Made by a program: the position numbers and the translations under genes. Under the pieces are notes generated by a model that saw nothing but the letters and a program-made list of their open reading frames with translations, was not told where the DNA came from and searched no databases. Shown piece by piece: positions 36,401 to 49,530 of a stretch of DNA of 64,000 bases (positions within the stretch are counted from its first letter, which is position 1; each line of letters starts with the position of its first letter). This stretch comes from Ramazzottius varieornatus (taxonomy: Eukaryota > Animalia > Tardigrada), in the NCBI GenBank assembly GCA_001949185.1, contig BDGG01000011.1, positions 327,016-391,015 on the forward strand, in the 5' to 3' direction.

Positions 36401-39400
36401 ACTTGATCAATGCGAAGAGTACCTCGCCACGAAAAAGTGATTCTTTAAGGGAAGGCAAACTCGCTCATTTTTCAACGGCCATCTTTCCTTTACTGTACCT
36501 CGCAATGGAAAACCTTTTACTCGTGTCCTTGACTGGGTATAGCTAATCAAAAATTGCAACAGTTGTTTTTTCGAGACAAACTTCAATTAAGGATGCCCAT
36601 TCCGCCTGACTTGCTTACTGGAACGGAATTCGGATCCGAATTCCGTTCCGTTCCTATCTTCCGTTGTCCAGAACGGCTAGACAAAAAATCGGAATCCCAA
36701 TACGGCAGTTCAAAAACCAGTCGCAAGCTCGGTTTAGCCCCGTCTCTCAGTAAGATCGTGTCCAAGTGGCGCACGAAGCTGACCAGTTATACTGACAATG
36801 TGCGCCACTTAGAGATCAATTTTGTCGAGGTTGTTTGCCGTGCTTCTATGTAGTGAGCAAAGATGACACCAGAACTCGACACTTGGCGCAAAAAGTGGGA
36901 CTTTCGCCGTGGAAAACCGGATTCTGACAAGAGGAATTCTTTGTCCTTGAATTTCGATTCGGAATTCCAGCGTTCCAAGTCGTCCTCAGCCCGAACGCTG
37001 CGGAATTCCGATTGTCCAGGCGGAATTAGGAATGGAACGGAAAAAGGAACGGGCATATTTAACTTCGACAACATTGTGAGTTACTCATGTGACGGCGACC
37101 TCACTGAATGCTTGCCGGCGAACTAGACCTCAAAGGAAGGCACAATTCTCTCTTCCGCCTTTGCAATTGTTTTTGCCACATCTTTGACTGGCGTTTACGA
37201 TTAGTCGGCTTTTCGTAGGAGGAAGCATTTTGTGAAAATTACGAATAACCACCCGGTAATCTTTTCCTCGAATGCCAACCAGTGTCTCACAATAAAACAC
37301 CAGAAAAGCCTTCCGTCAATTCAATGACTACACGTTACCTTTGATTACAAAACTCTAGACTAGTGTCGCAAAAATGTCACTTTACGCGTCGTACCTTCGT
37401 TATCGAAGGTTGATCAGTTCAGACTTAATGGTGTCTTTTGAGTTTAGATTATAGTTGTACTCTTAGTGGAAATGTTTTTCTGTGTGGGGGAAAAAGTACC
37501 TGATAATCGTAGCAGGGGGATAGTCTATAGTCCAGCATTTCCTGGTGGTAAACCGAGACTAAACTGCCCCCCATCGGCGGCACAATCCACACCTGCAAGG
37601 TTGAAGATGAGTACATAGGCAAATGCCTTCCGTTGTTTACACTTTTCCGTGAAAGTTGTTCGACCTACCCAATCAGCCGGACATCCGCCGCGCGCTTTCT
37701 GATAAAGGAAAGCAATAGTTATCAATACAACTAATCATTCACTCCTTAGTCTGGAAAACTGCCGCTTACCTGTTCGTTCTCCAGGTGCTTCATGAAGGAC
37801 TCCGAAGCGGAGTGATGGTCGACAATTGTGACGTTGACAGACTGAAAGCTACTGAGGATAGCCTTGTTTAGCTCTAAGAAGGTCTGGTCTTTCCATAAGG
37901 AGGAGGCGCGACTTGTGTCGAACTCAAAAACGTTGGCTATGTCCTACCGACAGGCAACATCATTCGCTCTCAGCCCTCCTTCCAAATCCAAAAATTCAAA
38001 GCTTTGAAAAATCACACTGACTTCTAACAAGTTGTAACGAGTCGGATCGACGAAATCCCTCGCAATTTCCGTTTGCATGTACCAGCCTACGAGTAACCAC
38101 GCTACAGCTTCAAATCTGTTCTCGTCTCTTGACTGCATATCATGCTGTGAAATTTATTTCGTTTACCGCTAAAAGCGACAGCGGGGAAGAATACTCCGCC
38201 GACGTCGAAGACCATATTGGCCACAGCGGGTAGTGCGTACCATTTCAATCCCATTTCGGCCAAGCCCGGGTACCTGAAATTTCAGGTTTTAATAACTGTC
38301 GCAAATTTTGAAAGATATAAGACCTGCTTTGACTTACTCTGCATGATGTATGGCCACTTGAAGAACAATATCCCGAGGGATGTCAAAGTATTCAGGATCT
38401 TGCCCAGCGGCTGACAGAACTAGTGGAAGCACGTCAAAGCGACCACCGGAACCCTTCCATCCCAACTTGTGACACACCTTGATATCGAAGAAGAGGTGGA
38501 AGTTTTGTTGGATTGTCAGCTTGATGTTCTATACAATGGAGGGAAATTACTTCGGTAAGCTCGACGGAAGCAGGGTCGCCAATGACGCTGCCGTCTTCCT
38601 GTTTGTATCCCGCATAGCGGACCAGCTGGGCGTTCCAAATGCGAAAGTCCTGCTCAGGTGTAGTCCGTTGCTTGAAAATGGTAATTGCTGAACGGAGGTT
38701 ACCGCGGTTGGTGGAGTACTTGATGTGGTTTAGCAGAGCCTCAAACATGGTGCGGGGCGTATTGATAAACCGAGCGTCAAAGACCTTCGAATCGATCATT
38801 GCTAGTTACTCCCATCAAAAGCGTTGTAAACTCAGAGAAAAAATAGTAGTAAAATTAACCCGGCTTGGTACTGTAACAGAAAAATACCTGTAGTTTTGAC
38901 CATTGAATTCGACCGATACATCGTTGTGAATTGCGCCATGCTGATTTTGCGGCAAAGGTCAGTTCCTGCTCCTTGAATTCGTAGTTACCCGTGGCGTGGA
39001 TCTGGGCTTCCACTTCGGCCCAGCGCGCATCGTGAGCCGGTGTGTTCAACCTACAAACACAATTTGTCAGTCTACCCTAGTAACCCCACAGGGTGGCACT
39101 ACTCGAAGAACTGTACCGTTTAGCGGACTCAAAATATTGCCGAATGAAATCCTTGGCCAACAGCAACACTTCCTCAGTCGATCGCGCAAGCGAATTCTGT
39201 GGTCGCGACAAGTTTAACAGCGACGCGGTGCAACGATTTGCGGTACAACCAACACTCTGTACAGAAACCATATGACAAGAAAGAATCAAACTATCAATAC
39301 GACAATCATTTATGATAATCTAATGACTAATTTCGAACAAGTTTTCAGTAATTGTTAAAGTGGTTATTATGGAAGTTTAATGTACAAGTGAAAACGGTAG

Positions 39401-40813
39401 GCCTTACTTGGGCTGTGGATCGATGAAGAGTATCGACGAAGGTTTTGCCATCGAGCAAGTTCTTCAGCTTGATGTACTTCTTGATATGGCTGGGACTGGG
39501 TTGAGGTGACAGATGATGATGGGCTTCAGCGTCCAGTGCGGCACTGGAGCGGGGTCCCAAGCGCGTGTGTTGGCTGTTGACCATCGATCCGTCCTTGACG
39601 GGTCGCTCTTCTGACAGGTCACCCGTTTTTGATGGGATAGCATGTGACGACAGAATACCGTTAGGAGCTGTCATGAAGCTTCGACGTCTCGCAGCAGTTC
39701 GTGCGTTACCTGGAATATCAAGGCACAAATTGTCGTCCCAGAAAACACGACGCATTCTCTATCGTTTAAACCCGGATACCATCGTCCAAATTTTCAAACA
39801 CGCATGCCAATCTTTTCTCGTCGAAAATTTTTGTTCGAAAATTTTGTGCAAAACTAGCGAAAAAGTATTGTAGATGACACTGCAAAAACAAAAAAAAGAC
39901 TGATGAATAAGATCAGCCAATCCAATTGGAAGTATTTGGGAGCTGGATGGATACTTTTGACAAAACTGATCCACCAAGTGGCGCACAGTGTCAATCGAAA
40001 ACACTGAAAAAGTGCGCCACGTGGAAAACGATCTTGCCGATTTAAGTTCTTCCATGCTCCCGTTTGACAAACAACTAAACAAAATTTGAACTGCAACTTG
40101 TAAGTCCTACCCGAAAAGCCACCGTCCAGAATGGCCGAGCTCAATCTTCGGTCTCTCGCATGAAGTTGTTGCTGAACTTGCCGTTCTCGATCACCACCAA
40201 AGCTGCTTGGTGGCGAAGGTCGCGGCGCTTCGAAAACGTCGTCGTCCATCACTTTCCCATGTTCTTTTTTCGCACTCGCATTCAGGTTTAGAAGTCCCTG
40301 CATCATCTCCTCGATCTTCCCCAGCCTTTCCTGCAAGTCCCGATTGAACTTAGCCAGTTGTTCCGCCGAGACCTCGACGCCGTTTCGGTGTTCGCCATTT
40401 TGTTCAACAACGGGACAACTTGCGATCGGATGTCCATTCTGCGCCGCCGTCAACGTTAACGGTTCAGTAATTCTTCGAGTCCTCGGTGTTCCATTCGAAT
40501 CGTAGTACGTCACGACCTGTATGCGACAGTTGAGCGGTCCTTTCAGCAAAATGACCGCGGGTCTTTCGACCGGCAACGCGTCCAGCACGGCCAAGACCTG
40601 CTGAAAGTTCAAAGTTTCCACGTTGACGCCATTGACGGCGCTGAGGCGATCGCCGATCGTCACTAACTGACTTCTCTCGGCATCACAACCCGGTACGAGG
40701 CCAGAGATGACACAAGCATGATTGACCTCGTCGTTGTGCAAAAGGAAACCCAGTCCGTAGGATGTGCGTTTGATAACGCGCAGCTTGATACTATTTCCAG
40801 TAGAACCGTCCAT
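33484..40813 (-). CDS. NOS: Nitric oxide synthase with N-terminal PDZ domain (multi-exon)
   Basis: PDZ plus beta-finger ([23 protein letters not shown]); Zn motif CTANRC; heme motif [14 protein letters not shown]; PAVANM; GWYM-TEI; GGCPADW; CaM helix [15 protein letters not shown]; YATETGKSE; STFGNGDPP; FGLGS; [11 protein letters not shown]; [13 protein letters not shown]; FGCR; HIYVCG; RYHEDIFG. Confidence 0.96.
36588..37061. mobile_element. hAT-like MITE in a NOS intron
   Basis: TIR TAAGGATGCCCATTCC / rc TAAATATGCCCGTTCC. Degenerate 8-bp TSD ACTTCAAT / ACTTCGAC. Subterminal GGAAY/RTTCC repeats. Confidence 0.75.
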
Positions 40814-42650
40814 TTCCGTCAACAACGAGGAAGGAAAAACATGAATGTGGAAATGATACAGGATACAGAAAGGTTTATGGAATGAGAAGTTGTGTATGGA
40901 ATAAAGATGTTTATGGCATGGCACCGGGGTGCTATGGAGGGGATTACATTCAAGATCTGCTGGTGTATTGTAGAAGAGAAGACTTAAGGCTTGTTGTCTG
41001 CTCAATGCACTACAGTATCATAATACTCGGGTTCCCGCAGGCTGCCAGCTTTAAAGGAAACATGTCGGGAAGGATGTGAAGAGCGAGCGGGTGATCTGAG
41101 CTAATCACCATACGCGCACAGGGAGAGCGTTCGTTGTCAGGATGAAGATGATTGAAAGGTGATGGAAGATGACAAGTGGGGAAAGCAAGAAACCATCGAT
41201 GTGAAAATCTCAGTCCAATAACAGACACTCGATATCAAATTAGAATTTCAGGATGATTTCCACGATTACGTAAACGACACACTAGTAATTTGTATTTAAT
41301 GTTGCGATGATTAGTCGTGACTTCACGTTCGTAATCTCGTCAGAACGCAGACAGGAACTCACACCAGATGAAAACTCTTTCAAATAGACATACGACACGC
41401 GGGATAAGAAACCCTCAGCCACGGTCTGCATCAGGTTTGTTAACTGCAGCAACTTAGTCATTATGAAAGATTCCCATCAATGTGAAAAGCCAGAAGATCA
41501 ACCTGAAATTTGCCACAATATTTGTTAAGCTCCGACAAGTAGGCAACTTTCAAGCTGAAATGCACTTCTAGAGACTGTATTATGTTGTGAACGCTGATGT
41601 TGTGAAGAATACGAAGAAAGAGAATGATCGTAGGAAGAAGAAGAAAAAGAAACATGGCGTAATTATAACGGATGTTGGACATGCCACTATATTCCTTCTT
41701 GAAGTGAATACGCAATTACCACTGCGACGTCGACAGGCGACAACTCAGTATATCCGTATGCTTTTCCCTTATGCTTGTCTTTCTGAACTGGTACACCTGT
41801 ACGGTTTCTCTCTAGCGACCCACGTAGAATGTTTAGTCTATCAAGCCAGGTGAATTTCCGTCATCGGGGATATTTCCTCCCAACACGCACTCAGATGGAT
41901 ATGGCCCCGGTTCAGCCTTCATGTTTATTCATGCATGATTATGGCTTGTAAGATCAATTACGAGCGTCAAAATGTTTTCTCAAGGGAATCATGAGAAAAC
42001 CCACGCATTCGATACAATTCCGTATGTGTGCGTACGGAAGATGCTGTTAGTCTCTCTCACAGCCAGCGGCGATGAAAAATTGTTCGAGGAAGACCTTCCT
42101 GGCTTTTGATAATTCCTTTTGAATTGGGCTTATTAACCCTATCTCGTATGACATACCTGGGGCTGAGGGAATTCCATCCGCAAGCAGACCAGCCGTCCAT
42201 GTAACGAAGGTACACGAGTTTCTTCTCTGCAAAGCGAAATCGTAACGTTAACATGTTCAGTCGGGCTAGCTAGAAGAAAATTGCCAATGCTCCATTCGTC
42301 TCAACCGTCCCCGGGTCCTCTGAAGAAGGTCCCGTCACCAGCCTGCATCCTTCTTACATGAAAAGGTTTCGCCAAGCCTTTCTTGCTTGACGGTCGTTGA
42401 GGATGTGGTTCGAATACCTATAAAAAAATCTGGCGTAAACAAACCTGTCATATCTGGGATAACAAAGTGGCGCAATATCCAGCCAATTCCACAAATCCAC
42501 AAACCCATTTCAGACTTGGCACTCCACTGTTGATTGTTGATTAAAGGTTTCAGAAATTGAAATTTTCAATTTTCAAAAAGTTATCCACACAATCTAACTT
42601 TTTCTTCTTCTCAGAAATCTTTTCACAACCGTTTTCCTCCTGACTTACCC

Positions 42651-45641
42651 ATGGCTGATCGCAGCTGTCAGCCTCCATTATGGGGAGATGGTATGCCTTC
42701 GACTTCCAGCGGGATCCGATATGGCGTTTTCGATGCAGGCTTGGCGGGTGTGCAACCGAATACGGAGATGGTTGTCGACGACAGCCAGCCTGAGCCAGAA
42801 CCGGAACCCACTTCATGGCAGCTTGGAGGACTTGCTTCGGCCTTTCTTGTTCCACCGATACCTAAAGACAAAGAGGAACCATCACTCGTCACTGCAGTGA
42901 AGTCAGAAGAAGGAAAGCCAGCCACTTCTGCATCAGGTGAGTTGGGAAATGCTGGAAAATGAAATTCGATGGAAATAAATACAATCCTGAAATTTAGCAC
43001 GCCACGCTGTGTTAAACCAGCTCGGTCAGCTGTAAGACGTCATGAGCTTGTCACGTGTATTTAGACGTTATCGTTGCGGGTTTGATCACGTGGACATTAA
43101 TGTTCTAGGTTATGAAACCACCTTATGGTCTGCTATGTGTATGGTTGTTCCTTTTTATAACAGATGGCCCACCAGTGGTCCGGAAGCGAGGAAGACCACC
43201 GTACGCCAGCCTTTCTCGAGGTGATTCTCCCGCCATGGCGTCGAACTCTGGTACATGTACACCAAAGAAGCTGCTCCGCAAGCTCAAGTCAAAAAAGAAG
43301 CGCCTAACGATGCCCAAAGGCGGCGGCGTGTACCAGCTGAAACGGGTGGTGTCCAACAAGACCTCTCCCAACGCCATCCATCCCTCGGTCCCGAAAGACG
43401 GACTGACTGACGGTGAACGAACAGATCGAATGACGCAGCTCATTCAAAACTGTCCAGAAGAAGTGAGCAAAGGTTTGAAAGACGCAACGGTGGTGGTGGA
43501 GTCCATGATACGCGAAGCGGAAGCCTATCGCAACGAAGTGAAGAAGAATGGGAAGAATATGAAGGCTCTCGACGAGATGACGGTTGCCCTCGCCGAAGAA
43601 ACCAAAGCTAGACAGATCAAACAAGATACGTTGGATCTAAAGATAACGCAGGCTATCTGTCAAAAGTTCCTAACGTTGGAAACCAGTAAGGAGAACGGCG
43701 AAGAGGCCGTCAGAACCTTCTTCACAGACGGGCCTTCGGACAGTCGAATTCACCATCGTAGGAATTTACTTTCCTTACCTCCTCTCGTTGACATGCTGAC
43801 GTTGGATCCTGCTGTCATCCAGAAAGATCCTTTCGAAGATGAAGGTGATTTGGTGGGAAGAGTAAAAAAGCCTCAGCGGCCGCGTAATTTTGAAAAGAAA
43901 CACGATTTGAACCAGTATTCAGCTCTGAAATTCAACTGACTCATGACGTAAACGAAATACTGTGGCTAGTGAGATTGAGGCATCTTCGTAGAGTCGACGT
44001 CATCGGTCAGAGGTTAGTTTGACGATGAGTCGTACGACGGGGATGTTCGTGTGTCGGCTGGCCATCACTTGACAAGTTCTGTACTTGGCATCCGATTGAT
44101 TGGTTGAATGTCTTGCAGGTGCGAAGGTGGTTCCATCCAACGAGCAGAAAGACGGCACAGACACACGCGAGCTGACCAACAAGTTGTACGCTATGCTGGG
44201 TCGACCTTCCCTCTCCACCCATAAACGTCATCTCCAGCGCGCCAAACGCGCGAAGGAAACGGAGAACTTGACAGAGGAACAGGTCAATAAGTCTATCGAC
44301 GAGTACTTTGCCATGTGTCGATCCCTAACACCGAGAGAAACCATCCAACCGGAAAAGACTCCCTACCATTCCTTTAAAGACTACAAGACGATGCACTGTA
44401 CCGAGGCGGATGAGATTGCCGACTGTGCTTCGGCCATCGAAGGGTTTCTGCACAACTTTGTCCATCCTTGCTCATGTAGAGGCAACAAGAAGTGCAGTCG
44501 ATGCTTGGACGTGGAAGTGAACGACTCGACGTGCAGACTTCCGCTGGCCAGCAACGTGACGGTACCTTCGCATGCCGTGGTGTACGACTTTTGCCCGCAG
44601 TGTCAGCAAGCTTTTCCTATGAGCGGTAAGTCAAAGAGTTACCCTACAAAAAAGAAAATTGCTGCTGTGCAATGTCGAAAGAAATAAACTTATCGAGACT
44701 GTTTTCTCAAGTGGCGCACCCTTTTAGCCAGAACAATGGAAACATGCGCCACGACTGGGATGAACTATTGGCAGACGTCCAATTACGGATTTTTTTTACA
44801 GGCAAGCCAGTTACAGATGACCACTCGAAGCATGCTAGGATGAAGGCGGAAAACACGGGTGTGAGTTTCGAGTTGGCTGAGGTGAAAGTACATCCGGATA
44901 GGTGTTCAGCGGAAGAAGAGAATGCCTTGATAAGACTGCTGAATAAGAGGGCATGGATGGAAGGACAAGGGGGGTGCTTCAGACAAGACTATGGACCTGT
45001 TGTCGACTATCAAACAAAAGAGGTATGTGTATTGGTCACCGAAATCACTAAACCAGAATGTTTGAATTTGGGTGATTGTTCGCAGGTGGATCTGGACTCT
45101 TCGACCGGTCTGCCGCAATTCCTGCAGCACGAAATCATCAAGATTAGCCGGATGTACGACAGCGCGCACCCCTTCCCGTGTGCGTCGGTATCTGTTATGG
45201 ATCTGACGTCCGAACGAGCTTCGGCCATCCAGCCGCGGGAAGAGGACGAGTGGATCTGGGGCGAACGCGTCATCTTGATGGCTCTTACTTCGGACGTTGT
45301 CATCACGCTGTCACCTCAAGCTTGGGACGGCGTCAGCGAATACCGCATTGTCCGGCTGAGAATCCCACGCCGTGGCCAGGTAATTTTCCATCGAAACGTC
45401 CCAACGTGTTCTGTGACATCTTATTTTGTGGGTTTTACAGATCGTTCTTCAAGACGATGTAAGACACGAATGGAGTTGGTCCGTCCTATCGGCTGATATC
45501 CGTGAAAAGCAGGTTCTGGTGGTTTTCAGAGAAATCAACGAGGAGTTCGTGAACGGAGCAAGTGCCGAGATCGGCAAGAAGCTGATGGAAATAAATGAAA
45601 AGTTCAGTGGCGAAGTGATAAAGATGGGGGACGGCTACTGA
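42651..45641 (+). CDS. AT-hook-containing protein with a C-terminal ALKBH4/NMAD-1-like domain lacking the Fe(II)/2OG ligands (multi-exon)
   Basis: AT-hook RKRGRPP in exon 2. ALKBH4-like blocks: CSCRGNKKCSRC, EEENALIRLLNKRAW..QDYGPVVDY, GLPQF, ERASAIQPREEDEWIWGERV, IPRRG-IVLQDDVRHEW..VLVVFREI..EF..EIGKKL..FSG. The middle exon joins are less certain. Confidence 0.75.
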
Positions 45642-46316
45642 TCTTTAGGAATTTACAATATACTGATAATTGTTTCTTGATTCCCTTTCCGACTTATATA
45701 CTTCGCAAGACTTATATTTCATATTTGTTGTTTTAATATAGAGCTTTGGTGGAGGTCCTGGAGGAAGGCTGTTTCACTCGTAATCTCTCACAGTGTAAAC
45801 CATTTTACGATATTGTCATTCGCTAATTGTGTCAAGTTGTGTAGTGTTTCAACTGGGTTTCGTAATGAGTTAATGATTGAAAGTTTAGGGGTGGATAAGA
45901 TGAATATTTTGACGGATAGTAGTCTAGGACTACTGTAGCAGTAGCCAGAGCTGATTTGAAGCGAAACTGGGATTATGACACCGGAAGTACGTGGCGGCCT
46001 CAAGTGATTGAGTGTGACGTAACGTGGCCGGCTCGGCGCTGATCACAGGCACCGAACAAGGCCGTGCTCTCAGTTCTTCATTCAGGTTTTCAGAATCAAG
46101 TGTTATATAACTCGTCTTCTCGTTCGATATGTCGTCTTCAGTCTCTAAGTTGTCGTTTGCGGTTACAGAAAGATCTAGAATTCTAATTTGTTGGGTTGTA
46201 AACTGATCGTACAGCGCGACACGTCGGGAAAGTCGTTTGCGCTTGTCTACCAGATTGGTTATTGCACCTTTGATTGCTGATTGGTCTGATTTAACCGGTG
46301 CGAAGTTGTGTGTATC

Positions 46317-47900
46317 ATGGCCCTTCGGCAAATCGGCTCGGACCCTACCGGACGCAATGCTCTTCTGACGCGGGACAAGAACCAAACTGTACAACAGGAA
46401 ACTGCCAAAAGATCTGCAAGCGAGCATGCCGTCAACGCTATCCTCGTTGGACCCCCCGGCTCCGGGAAAGGCACACAGGTACGCACTTCAGTTTACTTTT
46501 GACGTCACACTTTCATGAGGAGCGGTTGCGGCCGTTTGTGAAGCAAAAAGTCCGTCTGTAAAATGACTCTACGACTTATCATGGCTGTGACGTCATGTGC
46601 CAGTGGAGATGGTTTTGCTAGTGTTTGTTGGTGGTTTCTTGCTTTTCGAACCGCGGTAGACGTTTCACGTATGTAAGATTTTCGTTTTTCCGATTACAGG
46701 CGCCGAGGATAGCAGAAAGATATGGGGTGTGTCATTTGGCCACCGGTGAGCAATATAGGAAGCGCAATAGAAGTCTATTGGATGACCGGAAGTTGTCGAC
46801 GACGCGAGATTCTACTGTGGTTGATTGAGACTCCGTTACGGTGACTGATTGATGAGACGCTGAAAGATCTGGCTAATTTCTTTTGTTTTACAGGTGATCT
46901 CCTTCGCGCAGAAATCGCTTCCGGGACAGAACGCTCACAAAAGCTGAAGAAAACGATGGACGAAGGAAAGCTCGTGAGCGATGAGACCGTTGTGGAGTTG
47001 ATCGACCACCGGCTGGACCAGCCAGATTGCAGTCGTGGCTTCCTCCTCGACGGCTTTCCTCGAACGCTCAATCAGGCTCAAATGGTATGAAACTGTTACC
47101 TCTACTTCGTCGAGAGGTTTAGTTAGTTTGTTCTTTTGCAGTTGGATAGTCTTTTAGAGGAGAAGAAGCGCGCACTGGACACTGTGATTGAATTCGGCAT
47201 TGACGATTCAATGCTGGTCAAACGCATCACCGGCCGTTGGGTTCACCCTCCCTCTGGACGCTCATATCACGAAGTCTTCAACCCTCCCATAGTTCCTGGA
47301 ATCGACGATGTACGTATAATGTTGTTGTACATTTGGGACGTTGGCAAACGATTTCACACAGACTTATCCCAAACGGCGCACTTTCTCGTTGCTGCTAGCT
47401 GAAAGTGTGCGCCACTTGAGAAGCGATCTGGTTCAGGTCATTTTCTGAATTTCCATTTGTTTCGCGGTTTGTCAGGACGCTCACTACCTGACGGGTAGCG
47501 ACGCTTTTCATTTCTGTGAATTGGACCGAGTGTGAATCTAGCATTTGCAAATCGCACTAGGGTGACAGATGCGGAATGCACATTATAAATGCGGACATAT
47601 TCGCATGTAGGTAACAGGGGAACCTTTGACCAGGAGAACTGACGACAACGTTCCGACGTTGACGAAGCGTCTCACAGCATACCACGCGCAAACGCAACCT
47701 CTCATCAATTACTACCAGAAGAGACACATACACCACGCCATCGATGCTTCGAGAGAACCCGACACTGTGGAGAAGGAAATCGAAAAAATCATCGCTACAA
47801 CAAAATCCAAAGATAAGGTAAGAATATTAGAATATCTGTTTGCATGTTTCGAAACTTTCACCTGGTTTTCTTCCAGGTTTCCTTCTGCTCGCTTCAGTAA
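46317..47900 (+). CDS. AK2: Adenylate kinase 2 (long LID type), multi-exon
   Basis: Reads [95 protein letters not shown] introns keep the frame. Confidence 0.93.
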
Positions 47901-48507
47901 AGCAGTGGGAAGAAGAGCGACAGTTCTACCTGGTCCGAGAATGCCGGTTTCGCTTTCGCGAAGTTTGATGGTAGCGTATTTGTTACTTTCTTCCTTTTTC
48001 TTCGAGCAGATTAAATGTTGATTGTTGGCGGCACTTTTTATGTTAAGCTTTGGACGCTTAGAATGTTCTTTTGAGAATGTTCTTTGGAAATCTTAGATGT
48101 CGCATTTGAATTTTTACCGGTTGTTCTGTCCAAGAAAGGAATTTATTTCCGTGCTGCCCCGTCAGACTTACTACCATGAAACGAACACCGTCATGACTGT
48201 TTAGAAATTCTTATCGTCCTGGCAGAATTAGCCAGAGTTTGAATTGTCAATGCTTTTAGAAAGAAAGCGTCCTGCTGTGCTTGACGTCTTGAAAGATCGT
48301 CAAGGTCTGGGCGTCTTTTTTGGGAAGTTTGGCGTCATCCAAATCACAGCGAAAATTGTTCGACAATCGATAGTCAACTCTGCTCCTGTGCAAAGTACGG
48401 CTAATCAGGATCTGTCACAGTAATCACAGGAATCAAATTCATCCAAGGTGTGCCCTTGCCTTTGACAGATTTCGGAGCCCTGACTAATGTCCTCTCGAGT
48501 AACCGTG

Positions 48508-48515
48508 TATATAAA
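48508..48515 (+). promoter_or_regulatory. Putative TATA box of the peptide-precursor gene
   Basis: TATATAAA about 130 bp upstream of ATG 48642. Confidence 0.5.
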
Positions 48516-48641
48516 CGCCCGAAAACCATTTAGAGAGCCATGTAACTTTCAACACTCCAATCTCGTTCAAGTTACTTTCTTCCCAACTTTGCACTGCCAG
48601 CTGCCAGTCTCTTCATTTCTTTACCATTTTTTAACTCTGCC

Positions 48642-49022
48642 ATGTTGAACAGGCTGGTTTTCCTCACCTTGCTGTTGGCCGGAGTGTTAGTGGCCAAAGA
48701 GATGGCCGATGGATGTGGCATGAACCCTTTGATGGCTCTTGTGGCGGTTGCTGATAAGACAAGTAAGCAAAGTAACTACTGGCGATTTCGATATTCGACC
48801 GAAACCCCGAAACTTAATGCGCCTTTGCTTCTAAAGTCAGTCTCCTTTGTAGATCAATCGGTGGAGAACCTGATGGGTAAATTTTCGGCGGACAAGATGG
48901 CTTTCCGAGAGTTCGTGATGCTACTGGGTCGCTACGAAAGCTGTATCCGCGTAGGGTCCGGGACGAGATACCGGAAGCGCTCACCAGAGCAACAAGTCGC
49001 AGACTTGATCGGCCTCCTTTAA
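48642..49022 (+). CDS. Neuropeptide/peptide-hormone-like precursor (96 aa after splicing intron 48763-48852)
   Basis: Signal peptide, two Cys, tribasic RKR site, short C-terminal peptide. The GTAAGC...TTTGTAG intron is 90 nt. Confidence 0.7.
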   Translation: MLNRLVFLTLLLAGVLVAKEMADGCGMNPLMALVAVADKTSKQSNYWRFRYSTETPKLNAPLLLKSVSFVDQSVENLMGKFSADKMAFREFVMLLGRYESCIRVGSGTRYRKRSPEQQVADLIGLL

Positions 49023-49530
49023 CCTCGCCAGATACACCTCTTACCCTACGGCTTGAGTGTCACCCTGCACACCCCATGCTTCGCCTGTTCCTGTCCGCAG
49101 ACACCGACTCTATGGAATTTCGTTCCCGCTAAGCGGCTGACGAAATTATCAAAGTATCGAATCCCTTCTATCACCGTGTCCCGTTATGTACTGTATGGCA
49201 TAAGGTAGTAAACTAGCAATTGTCCAAACGCAATGAAGTTGGTCGCAGAAGGTTACTTCTATTGTGGTATGCTGGTCCACCGTAATAATCTGCCAGAGCG
49301 CGAGACGCTCCCGCGTATGCAGGGCATTTCGTGATACCAGCTGTTACCAGATACTCGTTACTCCTTAGCTCTATAGTTGGAGACTTTCCAGTCCGCTATA
49401 TCATACTGTCAAATATTATAGTGGTCTTTAAGTGTTGGTTTCCAAACTCAGAGCTTCCTGATTTTAAACGTATCACGCATCCCGAGTAAAGCCCTGCCAG
49501 CCCGCCTACATAACCTTTGGGTATACTTAA

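Noticed and set aside
11031-40813. Functional NFAT5-NOS gene cluster
   Set aside because: NFAT5 regulates iNOS in mammals, but proximity in a gene-dense genome is not evidence of a cluster.
39854-41005. The 383-aa ORF as a stand-alone PDZ protein
   Set aside because: Only 40813 to about 40108 is coding (NOS first coding exon). The flanks are UTR or intron read-through.
45930-46427. 165-aa minus-strand ORF
   Set aside because: It is antisense to the AK2 promoter and first exon and has no motif support.
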